Shown here one piece after another: positions 1 to 9,747 of a stretch of DNA of 64,000 nt. Position 1 is the first letter of the stretch. Each line of letters opens with the position of its first letter. The DNA is from Spirochaetia bacterium (GTDB lineage Bacteria > Spirochaetota > Spirochaetia > UBA9216). The notes below the pieces were generated by a model that saw only the letters and a program-made list of their open reading frames with translations, had not been told where the DNA came from and made no database searches. The stretch covers positions 4,992,001 through 5,056,000 of the forward strand of contig OY776510.1 of assembly GCA_963675665.1 (NCBI GenBank), given 5' to 3'. The position numbers and the translations under genes were made by a program.

Positions 1-300
1 CAGGCCTTCGACCGCCCCAACGGTAACAAGCAGTTCATCCGGGGCCGCTGAAATACTGTTATCGCGTTTAAGTTTTTTAACTATTTCGGCTCTCAATTCA
101 GGCAAACCGTCGCTTTGCGAGTACCCGCCCGTAAGGCCCTTTTCTATAGCCTCAATTACCCCGTCGTTAATGTGTTTCGGGGTGCCTGATGTAGGTTTCG
201 CCCATGAAAGAAACGCCACATCTTCATATTGTTTTGATAGTCTTGTCATCTCGTGGATTGCCGACTTGGAAATTTGTTCAACACGGTTTGAAATATTCAT
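1..300 (-). CDS. PLP-dependent aminotransferase class I/II (5' part only; runs off the window)
   Basis: Own translation from ATG at 300: MNISNRVEQISKSAIHEM...GYSQSDGLPELRAEIVKKLKRDN...ELLVTVGAVEGL, the typical AspAT-like N-terminus (Y..x.GLPELR..I; VT.GA.E.L). Confidence 0.85.
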   Translation of the reverse strand, partial: MNISNRVEQISKSAIHEMTRLSKQYEDVAFLSWAKPTSGTPKHINDGVIEAIEKGLTGGYSQSDGLPELRAEIVKKLKRDNSISAAPDELLVTVGAVEGL

Positions 301-385
301 AATACCAAAGTTTAACATAAAAGGGTAAATTTAGCGACACCAAAACAAGTAAGGAAAGGCTTATTCAACAGCAACAACAGCAGTA

Positions 386-416
386 AACAAAAAGACCGGG
401 GGAAGTATCCCCGGCC
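386..416 (-). terminator. Intrinsic terminator after the repeat lipoprotein
   Basis: Minus strand CCGGGG-atacttc-CCCCGG followed by TCTTTTTGTTT, just after the stop at 423. Confidence 0.75.
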
Positions 417-422
417 CTATTT

Positions 423-1733
423 TTATTGTGCCGGCGGCGGCGGGAATTCATCCATATCGTCGTAAGATATATCGAGAGTTTCGCTTGCGTCGACGGACAG
501 GTCAACCGGATATGAAGCGGCATGCCTGGGCGCCGGGGTTGCCGGCGGATCATTGGTCTCCGGATCGTTGTCACCGTCGACGTTGCCGTCGATATAGATG
601 TACAGATCATAACCTGTTCCGCCCGTGCCTATCCACTCTGTGCCGTTTCCGAACCAGGTACTTCCATCGGATTCTTCCAGAGTAAAAGACGCGGTCCCGC
701 CGCTTATTTCAATCTGGTTGGTTGCAATAAGCAATGCCGGATTGTCGAAAACAGTCTCGCCATCTGCAAAGAGAAACGCATACAGTCCCTGCGTGTCCGC
801 CGCGGAAGCCCCGGTAAGGCTTACGGTTATCTTTCCGTCATGCGGGCCGGCGGTATATTCGACCATATCGCTATAGGCCAGGGCTATTGAGTTGATATCA
901 TCAATTTCAACAACCATAGGGTACGTACTCGTTTTCATCGGCATGGGGACACCGGATGAAGTCTCAGGATCGTAATCGCCGTCGTCGTTGCCGTCGGTAT
1001 AGATATACAGATCATAGTTTGTGCCGCCTGTGCCGACCCAGTCGGTGCCGTTTCCGAACCAGGCGCCGTCGGATTCTTCGAGGGTAAAAGACGCTGTACC
1101 GCCGCTTATTGTGACCTGGTTTGTGGCGATAAGCTTGTCGGGATTGTTAAGATCAGTTTCATCTTCTGCATAAAGATAAGCGTAAAATACCTGTGTATCC
1201 GCTGCTGAAGCGCCGCTTAACGACATAGTAAGGGTTCCATCGGAAAAACCGTAATCATAATCAACCATATCGGAATAAGCCACGGCAACCGTCTGCGCGT
1301 CCGCGATTGTTACAACCACGGGGTAAGGACTCGTCATTTTGGGGACGGGAGAGCCGGAATGCGTATCGGGCTCATTATCGCCGTCGGCATTTGCGTCGGT
1401 GTAAATGTAAACGTCATAGCTGATGCCGGCCGTGCCGAGCCAGTCGGTACCGTTTCCCTGCCAGGCGCCATTTGTTACCTGAAGCACAAAGGCGGCCGCT
1501 CCTCCGCTGATTGTCGCTTTGTTGGTTGCGAGAAGTTTGGCGGGATTTCCCAAATCGGTTTCGCCATTTGCGTAAAGGTAAGCATAAAGCGACTGGGAGT
1601 CCGCTGAGGATGCGCCGGTCAGAACAACAGAAACAGTGCCGTCCGCGGGAGTTTCATCGCAGCCGAAATAGAACACGGTAAAAAGAACAGTAAAGACAAC
1701 AGATAAAACTCCGACAAGAATCTTTTTTTTCAT
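423..1733 (-). CDS. Acidic lipoprotein made of three tandem ~130-aa beta-rich repeat domains, unknown function
   Basis: Start reassigned to MKKKILVG (ATG 1733, AAGGAG RBS); lipobox FYFG-C; three repeats of LxGASxADxQ..YAxLxAxxET..NP..LxATN...ISGGxAxFxL...WxGNGTxW.GT.G..YD.YIY.D.N.DGD. Confidence 0.8.
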   Translation of the reverse strand: MKKKILVGVLSVVFTVLFTVFYFGCDETPADGTVSVVLTGASSADSQSLYAYLYANGETDLGNPAKLLATNKATISGGAAAFVLQVTNGAWQGNGTDWLGTAGISYDVYIYTDANADGDNEPDTHSGSPVPKMTSPYPVVVTIADAQTVAVAYSDMVDYDYGFSDGTLTMSLSGASAADTQVFYAYLYAEDETDLNNPDKLIATNQVTISGGTASFTLEESDGAWFGNGTDWVGTGGTNYDLYIYTDGNDDGDYDPETSSGVPMPMKTSTYPMVVEIDDINSIALAYSDMVEYTAGPHDGKITVSLTGASAADTQGLYAFLFADGETVFDNPALLIATNQIEISGGTASFTLEESDGSTWFGNGTEWIGTGGTGYDLYIYIDGNVDGDNDPETNDPPATPAPRHAASYPVDLSVDASETLDISYDDMDEFPPPPAQ

Positions 1734-1754
1734 AAAAATCTCCTTATGGAATTT

Positions 1755-1903
1755 GGGAACCTCTAATAACCCTAAATTGGGCTTATTTGAGGTTTGAAAC
1801 ACTTTGTGTTTCCGGGAGTTTACTTATTTCCTTATCAGGAAATAAGTAAACATCCACTAAATCTAAGGTCGGCTTCTAAAAACTGCAGTTTTTAGAAGTC
1901 CCC
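1755..1903. repeat. Multi-hairpin palindromic intergenic element (REP/MITE-like)
   Basis: Imperfect terminal IRs GGGAACCTCTAATAAC / GTTTTTAGAAGTCCC enclosing four hairpins (1758-1794, 1796-1812, 1818-1851, 1873-1898); the left end is homologous to the IS target at 38453/39989. Confidence 0.75.
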
Positions 1904-1923
1904 TTATATCAATACTCACGGAA

Positions 1924-4434
1924 TCACTTCAGGAGTTCCCACCAGTAAACATCTCCGGAGTAATAAATTCCGCCGATTGCGTCCGTAGTGCCGTCGCCGT
2001 CGACATCCTCTGCGGCCACTCCCCAGGGCTGATCATAGGATGAGCCGCTGGCGAAGGTCCTCCTGGTCCATGACGGATTCAAGCCGCCCTCATTGGCCCA
2101 CCACGCAATGTAATCGCTGTCGTTGGAAGAACAGATGACATCCATGTCGCCGTCGAAGTCCAGGTCAGCCGCGCATCCACCTTTGGGATCGTTTACGGAA
2201 TCTATTAGACGCTGAGTAAAAGTCCCCGAACCGTTGTTGTCGCACCATGTAAAGTTGTCGTCGTTCTCATAAGCCGTAAGAACATCAATGTCCCCGTCGC
2301 CGTTTATATCCCCGGCAAACACGAAATTCGGCGCGTCGCCTGTTGCAATACCCTGACGCGCCCCGAAGCTTCCGCTGCCGTTGTTGGCCCACCATGATAC
2401 GATATCCCCGCCCCAGGCGCAGGCGATGATATCGGGATATGTGTCCCCGTTCACGTCGCCGGTGCAGACGTCCCGGGCATAGCTGAAACTGCCGTCGATA
2501 ATCACCTCGGAACCGAAGGTCCCGTTTCCGTTATTAAGCCAGAGAGATACCTTGTTGTCGGTCTGGGAGGTGCCCATGATATCGGGACAGCTGTCCCCGT
2601 TCACGTCCGCCGCATGCACCGAGGTGCCCATCTGGAAAGTAGTGAATGACAGGGTCGTAGCGGTCCATGATGTACCGGCGCCGTTGCTGTTTATGTAGTA
2701 CCTTATGGTATTGGCGCTTCCATAGACACCGGCTGCGTCCATATCTCCGTCCTGGTCGAAGTCGGCGGCGCAGATGTCGTTCGCGCCGCTGCCGGTTCCT
2801 ATCTGGTGTTCCGACCAGGAGGTCCCGGCCCCGTTAACATTCTCAAACCAGCTTACCTTGTTATAGTTTGTAGCCGCCGCAAGGATATCCGTGTTCCCGT
2901 CGCCGTCCATATCCGCAGCGGCCACGCCTTTAGCGCCGGAAAATCCCAGCGGGTTCACCTGGTGCGCCGCAGGCGCGGGAAAATCAGTGGAAATATATGA
3001 GTACTTAGTCTCCGTATCGGTTCCGCCGTCGCCGGAAACTGTAAGTCCGACACTGTAGGTGCCGGGGGTCCCGAAAACCCAGGCCGGGCTTTGTTCGGTG
3101 GAATCCGTTGTGCCGTCGTCGTCGAAATCCCATTCCCAAGTATCAATGGTGCCCGTAGACTGGTCGGTAAAATTAACCGAAAGACGGGCTTCGCCTGAGG
3201 TAACATCTGCTGTAAAACCCGCTACGGCCGGTTCGTAAACGTCAATGTAGCCGGTCTTAACCAGTTCATCGCTTCCGTAACTGTTTGTAACCGCGAGGCT
3301 GACGGTGTAGGAACCTTCCGCTGAGAAATCATGCTCGAAGCCCTGGGCCGTACCCTCGATTGTTCCGTCGTCACCGATATCCCAGGCCCAGGCGGTGATG
3401 CCCGCCCCGGACGAATCGTCGGTAAAGGTTACATGCAGGTCAGGATTCGCCAGACCTGATGTAACATCGGCATGAAAAGCGGCCACAGGGGTACCGATGA
3501 CTACATAATCCGTTTTAATAATCTCATCGATCCCCGAAGAACCCGAAACCTTAAGCCGTACATCGTAGATGCCCGCGGTATTGTAGGGCCAATTATGCGG
3601 GCCTATACCTGTAACATCAATATTATCATCATTGTCGAAATCCCATTCCCAGGTCGTAATATTGCCGGTTGACAGATTGGTAAACGCGACGGTAGTCCCT
3701 ACAGGGCCTTCCGTGATATCTGCGGAAAAATTGGCCACAGGCACGTCTACGGCTATATACTGGGTTTTAACTTCCTCGTCGACCCCTCCCGGGCCGGAAA
3801 CTCTTAACCTGACGGTATAAAGTCCGGAGGTAGTATAGTTATACGAAGGGTTCTGCTCATAGGAATCAACGGCCGCGTTATTGTCGAAGTCCCACTCCCA
3901 GGTTGTAATATCGCCGGTGGACTGATCAGTAAACTGAACGATCAGCGGCGAAGTCCCCCCGGTTTTATCGGAGGTAAAAGCGGCAACCGGGACCTGGGAT
4001 TCGGCTGTAACAGTAATCTCCGTTGAAAACAGGGATTCGCCGTTTTCGTTATAGGCGCTTATCCGGTAATAGTATTGCGTACCGGGCGATATGTCCGTAT
4101 CGATGTAAGACAGATCGTTAAGATCTGTTATCGCGGCAAGAAGCTCCCATTCTCCCGTTTCCCCAACTTTTTTGTAGATATTGAAACCCTCTGCATAAAG
4201 GGCCTTGTTTACCCACTCGAGTTTTACCGATTCATGGGTAACAACCGCAGCTTCAAGGTTTACAGGCAGGACAGGCACAGCCGTTTCGACATTATTGGGA
4301 TCAGTTTCCGCTTCATAATCAGGGTCTGTGGGGTTCCAGCGGCCGATAGGCTCAAGAACGCCGTCACAGGCGAAAAAAATTAAAAAAACCAATACAACTG
4401 CTATTCCCGGAAGAAACTGTTTTTGCTTCATCAT
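1924..4434 (-). CDS. Surface lipoprotein: FN3 + four PKD domains + FG-GAP/VCBS beta-propeller
   Basis: Lipobox IFFA-C; FN3 motif (LEW...GFNIY...YIDT...YYYRISAYN); four PKD repeats (FTDQSTG.ITTWEWDFD); ~7 AADxDGDGDxD repeats. Confidence 0.9.
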   Translation of the reverse strand: MMKQKQFLPGIAVVLVFLIFFACDGVLEPIGRWNPTDPDYEAETDPNNVETAVPVLPVNLEAAVVTHESVKLEWVNKALYAEGFNIYKKVGETGEWELLAAITDLNDLSYIDTDISPGTQYYYRISAYNENGESLFSTEITVTAESQVPVAAFTSDKTGGTSPLIVQFTDQSTGDITTWEWDFDNNAAVDSYEQNPSYNYTTSGLYTVRLRVSGPGGVDEEVKTQYIAVDVPVANFSADITEGPVGTTVAFTNLSTGNITTWEWDFDNDDNIDVTGIGPHNWPYNTAGIYDVRLKVSGSSGIDEIIKTDYVVIGTPVAAFHADVTSGLANPDLHVTFTDDSSGAGITAWAWDIGDDGTIEGTAQGFEHDFSAEGSYTVSLAVTNSYGSDELVKTGYIDVYEPAVAGFTADVTSGEARLSVNFTDQSTGTIDTWEWDFDDDGTTDSTEQSPAWVFGTPGTYSVGLTVSGDGGTDTETKYSYISTDFPAPAAHQVNPLGFSGAKGVAAADMDGDGNTDILAAATNYNKVSWFENVNGAGTSWSEHQIGTGSGANDICAADFDQDGDMDAAGVYGSANTIRYYINSNGAGTSWTATTLSFTTFQMGTSVHAADVNGDSCPDIMGTSQTDNKVSLWLNNGNGTFGSEVIIDGSFSYARDVCTGDVNGDTYPDIIACAWGGDIVSWWANNGSGSFGARQGIATGDAPNFVFAGDINGDGDIDVLTAYENDDNFTWCDNNGSGTFTQRLIDSVNDPKGGCAADLDFDGDMDVICSSNDSDYIAWWANEGGLNPSWTRRTFASGSSYDQPWGVAAEDVDGDGTTDAIGGIYYSGDVYWWELLK

Positions 4435-5306
4435 CTTCCCCCCTGGTAATTGACATGCACCGCTATCCGGGCGGCGCCCGGCGCCGGCAGCACGGAAAAA
4501 CTTACCCTGGGAGCTTTCTCTTTTTCAGGCGCCAGAAAGAAAACCGATGCCCCCATGGCTGCTGCCCCTGCTCCTGTAATTATCGCGGCCGTTACCAGCT
4601 TTCCCGTGAATTCCTTCTGCAGGCTGATGTAATCTGAATACAGGGCCTCATGATCGTCGCCCTCCACCGCTGCCAGGTAAGCCGTTTTTGACGACTCTAC
4701 CGTTTCCGAATTAAAAGCAAAGGCCGCATACAGCAGGTATCCGCCTATTCCGGCGGTTACCGCTCCAGCGCCAAGAACGGAATAGCCGATTACTTTCCGG
4801 GATTCCGGTTTTTTCTCCGCCGTTTGAGGTGTATCCGCTACCGGTTCTATCCCTGCAAGCCGGCAGCTGAACGGATAGATATCTCCAAGAAGGCTGTCAA
4901 TATCATTATATATCCCGTCGGCGGACCCGATTCTCCGGGAGGTGGAAGTCTCGAGCATTTTTGCGCTCAAAACGTATTTTGTTCCCACCATTCGAAGACT
5001 GCCTGTAACGATCAACTCGGCGGACAGCAGCTTTCCTACCTCCAGCTGACATGATTCGTCGGTACAGCCTGTAAGGGAAAACTCTATTTCCTTAAGAATG
5101 GTGTCCCTTTCGGCCACGTCGATAACCGTGAAAGAACCTGTCTGAAAAAGAGATGAGGACAATAGAGAGATGACGGACAGCATTTCATTTTCCGACACGC
5201 CGTTGGTTTCGAAGTCCATGACCGTGACAATGGGCTGTCCGGTCTGTGCGGGCAAAGACATTACAACCAGGACTGACATAATCAATGCTAGAAGCGAATA
5301 TTTCAC
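4431..5306 (-). CDS. Exported CsgG/HfaB-like (TolB_N-like) domain protein with C-terminal Gly-rich hydrophobic segments
   Basis: Likely GTG start 5306 (GGGAG RBS); signal peptide; VTVMDF..GV...F.VID...RD.ILKE.EFS..GC.DESCQLEVGKLLSAE.I..G motif; paralog of 43358-44476. Confidence 0.75.
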   Translation of the reverse strand: MKYSLLALIMSVLVVMSLPAQTGQPIVTVMDFETNGVSENEMLSVISLLSSSLFQTGSFTVIDVAERDTILKEIEFSLTGCTDESCQLEVGKLLSAELIVTGSLRMVGTKYVLSAKMLETSTSRRIGSADGIYNDIDSLLGDIYPFSCRLAGIEPVADTPQTAEKKPESRKVIGYSVLGAGAVTAGIGGYLLYAAFAFNSETVESSKTAYLAAVEGDDHEALYSDYISLQKEFTGKLVTAAIITGAGAAAMGASVFFLAPEKEKAPRVSFSVLPAPGAARIAVHVNYQGGR

Positions 5307-5461
5307 TTTTAACTCCCGTGTTGTTATATATCCAGTATGCCACACCCGCTATGTTTTTTCCAGTTTTTCTTTACAGGTGCAATAACCCCGTATTGTTAAA
5401 GCTCCGATTAATATTAACAGCATTCAATATATAAATTTGACAGCACCTGTAAAACATAAAT

Positions 5462-6232
5462 CTATTGCATGCACCTTGCTTCTTCAATTTCGATACACAA
5501 ATCCTCTACAAACCTTGCTGCGGGAGCTCCGTCGACAATGTCATGATCAAACGAAACCGTTAAATGCAGTTTTCCTGCGCCCTGACCTGTTTTTTCAGTA
5601 CTTGTTGTTCCAACTGAAAGTAAAATGGTCGCGCTGCCATGAGGCAAAATCCACATGGGCCTTGTTGCAAACATTCCAACAGACGTTATTGCAAGTTTTC
5701 CGTATCTTATTCCCATTCCGATATTCTGATCAGCCATTCTGACGAATGTTTTAAGCAGCCGGCCGGGAATAAATTTAAAATACCACGCATTACTTAGATC
5801 ACCCAAAGACCTTCCATTATTACTTTTGTCTTTTGCAATTCTGATTTCATCGGCAATCTCCAACGGCGACTTCCGATCAACATTGTGCATCACCATAGGT
5901 TCCGGGACGGATACTCCGTCTATATTTCTTTCCATAAGGATACTGACGGCAATATCATCAAGAAAAATCTGTTTTCCGTGTGCAATAAATGAGTTCATCC
6001 ATTTATGTTTTTCAACAGTTGATGCAAATGATTTTGTTAGGTAAGTCGTCATTGAAACATGACGCCCGTCTCTTTTAAGAGTCTCCATCTTCCCGACTGC
6101 ATTTGTAATATCAACTTCGGTCATGAAATGAATTGTATTTTTATTCCCTGAAACTGTGGCGGAAGCATTTACCGCCTTTCTCAGAAAACTTAAAGGAACA
6201 ATTTTGACTTTTTTATTATGCGAGGAAAACAT
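5462..6232 (-). CDS. Stand-alone 2-oxoacid dehydrogenase E2/CAT-like acyltransferase catalytic domain
   Basis: C-terminal SFDHDIVDGAPAARF (DHxxxDG) motif; no lipoyl or E3-binding domain; start at MFSSHN with GAAGGAG RBS. Confidence 0.8.
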   Translation of the reverse strand: MFSSHNKKVKIVPLSFLRKAVNASATVSGNKNTIHFMTEVDITNAVGKMETLKRDGRHVSMTTYLTKSFASTVEKHKWMNSFIAHGKQIFLDDIAVSILMERNIDGVSVPEPMVMHNVDRKSPLEIADEIRIAKDKSNNGRSLGDLSNAWYFKFIPGRLLKTFVRMADQNIGMGIRYGKLAITSVGMFATRPMWILPHGSATILLSVGTTSTEKTGQGAGKLHLTVSFDHDIVDGAPAARFVEDLCIEIEEARCMQ

Positions 6233-6341
6233 ATTCACTCCTTCCAAATAAAGCGGACCGCAAATTGCCCTCCCGCCGAATGCCCGTAAAGGCTGATCCG
6301 CTCATTGACGGCAGCCGGCATTCAATGCAGAAAAATAAATA

Positions 6342-6776
6342 TTACACTTTGTCGAAAGGCTTCCTGATAATCATCATTGTAGCGCTGCTGCGTGAAATTT
6401 TCCTGCCGTCCTTATCGCTGACAACGGTATCCACTATAATAAGCTGCCTGCCTTTTTTAAAAACAGTAGCCTCCGCGACAAGTTTTCCTTCCGCCGCCAT
6501 TGACAGAAAATTATTTTTAAGCTCAATAGTCGTAACACTTTCGCCCGGTTTAAGCAAAGTCATTGCGGCATGCGCGGCAACCTCGCTGGAGAAGGCTATT
6601 GAAAGTCCTCCCTGCATTATTCCGGCACCCTGAAGAAATTCCGGACGGATATCCAGACTGAAAGAAGCATAACCTTCTCCCAACTCTTCCAGCTGCATTC
6701 CAAGAAAATACAGAAAAGGGTTATCAACTTTTTCTCCCGACTCAAGCTTCTTTAAATATTCCGTAAAATCAGCCAT
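6342..6776 (-). CDS. PaaI family hot-dog thioesterase
   Basis: NPF...LGM; GIMQGG; TTIELKNNFL; KKGRQL motifs. Confidence 0.85.
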   Translation of the reverse strand: MADFTEYLKKLESGEKVDNPFLYFLGMQLEELGEGYASFSLDIRPEFLQGAGIMQGGLSIAFSSEVAAHAAMTLLKPGESVTTIELKNNFLSMAAEGKLVAEATVFKKGRQLIIVDTVVSDKDGRKISRSSATMMIIRKPFDKV

Positions 6777-6801
6777 TTAATAACCCCTATATTTTAAATT
6801 A

Positions 6802-7389
6802 TCACAGTCCCAGGACTTCATAGAGGTGAGATTCAAAACGCTTGCGGTCAATATCGCCGTTCAGATAAAGAGACAGAAGCTTACGAACCTGCTCCGGGAA
6901 GGATCTCCAGTACTTGTCTTTCCAGCCGGGAATTTCATTCTCCATCTGCACCTGCTCGGCAGGACTCATGGCGCCCTCGCTGTACTCCACAAACTGCTGA
7001 ACCATTTGAATTATCATGCCTGCCGGAAGACTGTCCCCTGATGCCGCACTGTTCTTACGGCCGCGGCCCACCCTGCCTCCGGCCGACTCGGGCATGAATT
7101 CTGAAAGAAGTTCCCGGACCTGCGCATCGGAAAGCTCAGGCGCATTCTGTCTTATAATGTCAGCGGCAAAACCGGCCGCCATCCGGGAAATCATTTTCTT
7201 TGAACCTTCAAGCTGATCGGTTATATTGTCCGAAGATTGTGCCGCAAGTTTTGCAGGGTTAAGCCCCATCACTGGAGCATTCCGTTTATCCGAATAACGT
7301 TTTTCAAGCGCCGACTTTATTACTTCAAGATCATCGTAATCGGCAATATTAAGAATATATTCGACTATGCTGTACAGCCGTTTATCCAA
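6802..7389 (-). CDS. Hypothetical protein
   Basis: Long ORF following the MFS gene; likely TTG start at 7389 overlapping the MFS stop (track start 7491 overlaps the MFS by 110 nt). Confidence 0.65.
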   Translation of the reverse strand: MDKRLYSIVEYILNIADYDDLEVIKSALEKRYSDKRNAPVMGLNPAKLAAQSSDNITDQLEGSKKMISRMAAGFAADIIRQNAPELSDAQVRELLSEFMPESAGGRVGRGRKNSAASGDSLPAGMIIQMVQQFVEYSEGAMSPAEQVQMENEIPGWKDKYWRSFPEQVRKLLSLYLNGDIDRKRFESHLYEVLGL

Positions 7390-8635
7390 CTTTCCGTTTC
7401 TCCGTAAAATATAATACAGCAAGGCCCGCCGCGGCGGCAAGCGCAAAAACTCCGCAAAGGGGCCAAACCTGGCGTACTGAATTATGCTCAATAAATTTAC
7501 CCATCAGGTACGGAGAAATTGCGTGACCGGCCCCGATAATTATCGGCACAATCGAGTTTACCCTGCCCCGGTGCGACATCGGCGTATGGTTTGCAATATA
7601 CACATCAATATTGGTTGCGCCCAGGATCTCGCCGATGGTCCAGATCAAGGCCGTAATTATAATAATGTAATAAACATAACCGAAATAAATACCTCCGAAA
7701 CCAAAGGCATACAGTATTGCAGCCAGGAGGGTGGCAAGAATAGGCTTCATATTTTTTGTCAGACCTATAATAAAGGTTGTACCCATGATTACAACAAGAG
7801 CATTAAAGGTCATTGTTGTTCCGTACATGACAGCTCCCTCCGCCCCGAACACTTCATTGAGGAAAAGGGGCAAGGAGAATGTCATCTGCGCATAAACAAA
7901 ATTCAGGACCATCACAAGCAGAATAAAAATAAAGAGTCCGGGCCGGCGTCTGAGAACCGAGATAACTGAACCCGTTTCAGCCTTTTCGGGATTTTTTCCT
8001 TCAGCGGCTGAACTCAGACTTTCCTTAATGCTTTCATGGGAGGGCTTTGTTTCCGTAACGAACAGCACTACAAGGATAATTGACAAGAAAGTTGTAAGAG
8101 CATCACCGCTGAACAGCCAGTAAGGCCTGCTGTTGTACATAAGCCCCGCAAGCAGCGGACCAACGGCAAAACCAAGATTGTGCCCAAGGTACAGAAGCGA
8201 AAAAGCAGCTTTCCGGTTTTCAGGTCTGCTCAGATCGGTAATCATAGCTGTTGATGTCGGGTGCACTATACCCATAAAAAACTCAGCCGAAACAATGAAA
8301 ATCGGAATAATCTGTTTGTCGGGAACAATCGCACACAGCAGAAAACTGCCGGCCGCAAGAAATTGGGCTGCTACAAGAATACGTTTTCTACCAAAAGCAT
8401 CCGAGATCTTTCCGCCTATAAGCGAACCCGGAACAAAACTGATACTGACAAGCATCAGGATAAGCCCTGCGTCTCCGGCGGAATAATCAAGCTTGTCGGT
8501 TAAAAACAGCGTAAGAAACGGATATACAAAACTTCCGACACTGTTGATAATACGGGCAAAAAAGAGTACATAGATACTTCTTTCAAGCCCCCGATAGATT
8601 CCGAAAGATGATTTGAATACATCAACTATTTTCAT
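7382..8635 (-). CDS. MFS transporter
   Basis: 12 hydrophobic segments; motif A GGKISDAFGRK. Confidence 0.9.
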   Translation of the reverse strand: MKIVDVFKSSFGIYRGLERSIYVLFFARIINSVGSFVYPFLTLFLTDKLDYSAGDAGLILMLVSISFVPGSLIGGKISDAFGRKRILVAAQFLAAGSFLLCAIVPDKQIIPIFIVSAEFFMGIVHPTSTAMITDLSRPENRKAAFSLLYLGHNLGFAVGPLLAGLMYNSRPYWLFSGDALTTFLSIILVVLFVTETKPSHESIKESLSSAAEGKNPEKAETGSVISVLRRRPGLFIFILLVMVLNFVYAQMTFSLPLFLNEVFGAEGAVMYGTTMTFNALVVIMGTTFIIGLTKNMKPILATLLAAILYAFGFGGIYFGYVYYIIIITALIWTIGEILGATNIDVYIANHTPMSHRGRVNSIVPIIIGAGHAISPYLMGKFIEHNSVRQVWPLCGVFALAAAAGLAVLYFTEKRKVG

Positions 8636-9723
8636 TTGCCGGTTATATCCCGTTTAAGAAGTTCAAAACGCTCAAGAATAGGAAGATGCTGTGTACAGGC
8701 CGCTTCACATTTACCGCATTTTGTACATCGCCCGAGCTCGTCTATCGTCATTGCCCAGTGCCATTTCAGTCTTTCGGCGGCCTTGTATTTGCTGTTAATC
8801 ATCGTGTGGTTGTAGGTTTCCATAAAAGCCCATACGGGTATATCAACCGGGCAAACATTACAATATCCGCAGGTTGTGCACATCGACTGAAAATCATCCT
8901 GGATCCTGGCTTTCAAAGCGGAGATCTCTTTCTCATTGTAGGGCTTGAAGTTCTCAACAGCCGACTCAGCATCATCAATATGGGCCTTGTTTCCAAAACC
9001 TACAAGAGCGGAGCTGATCCCGGGATTTGAAAGCAGAAAATGAAGCGATGCATCTACAATCGACTGTTTATCATGCATCCTGATAAAAGAAAATTCATCG
9101 GGATTATCAACAATCATACCTCCGCCGAGCGGGTTCATAATTACAAGACCCATTTTCTTTTCAACAGCAGCCTTTACCCCTTCTTCACGAAACGGGAAAT
9201 TTATTGCCGAATAACCCAGAGTAATGCCTTCAAATTCTTCAGTTTCGAGAAGGTTTCTTATCTCAATACCGCTCATGTGAGTTGAAATTGATATGTGTTT
9301 GACAAGACCCTCGTCCTTCAGTTTTCTAAACTCGTCAATAACTCCGGCAGCCTTTCTCTCTGCATAATCCCCCGGTGTAAGCACACACCAGAGATGATAA
9401 AAATCAATACAGTCCGTTTTCATTCTCACAAGAGAATGTTCAATATCCTTTCGAACCCCGGCAGGATCTTTTGCCATTGATTTTGTCGAGTAATAGAAGT
9501 CCTTTCCGGTTCTTTCCAGTTCCTTTCGGGCATGCCCAAATATTTCTTCTGATTTTCCTTTGAAGTAAAAAGTTGCAGTGTCAAAATAGTTTATACCGTG
9601 TTCAAGAGCATATACCAGAAGCTCAGCCGATTCATCATAATCATGCGGCTTCTCAAATCTCATACCGCCGAAACCAATTGAGGATATTCTTTTGCCGGTT
9701 TTTCCATATTCCCTGTAAATCAA
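8632..9723 (-). CDS. Aldo/keto reductase with C-terminal 4Fe-4S dicluster
   Basis: YREYGKTG..ISSIGFGGMRF, GINYFDTA..Y; CTTCGYCNVCP and CTKCGKCEAAC. Confidence 0.9.
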   Translation of the reverse strand: MIYREYGKTGKRISSIGFGGMRFEKPHDYDESAELLVYALEHGINYFDTATFYFKGKSEEIFGHARKELERTGKDFYYSTKSMAKDPAGVRKDIEHSLVRMKTDCIDFYHLWCVLTPGDYAERKAAGVIDEFRKLKDEGLVKHISISTHMSGIEIRNLLETEEFEGITLGYSAINFPFREEGVKAAVEKKMGLVIMNPLGGGMIVDNPDEFSFIRMHDKQSIVDASLHFLLSNPGISSALVGFGNKAHIDDAESAVENFKPYNEKEISALKARIQDDFQSMCTTCGYCNVCPVDIPVWAFMETYNHTMINSKYKAAERLKWHWAMTIDELGRCTKCGKCEAACTQHLPILERFELLKRDITGK

Positions 9724-9747
9724 TTTTTAACTCCAAAACGAACAAGG

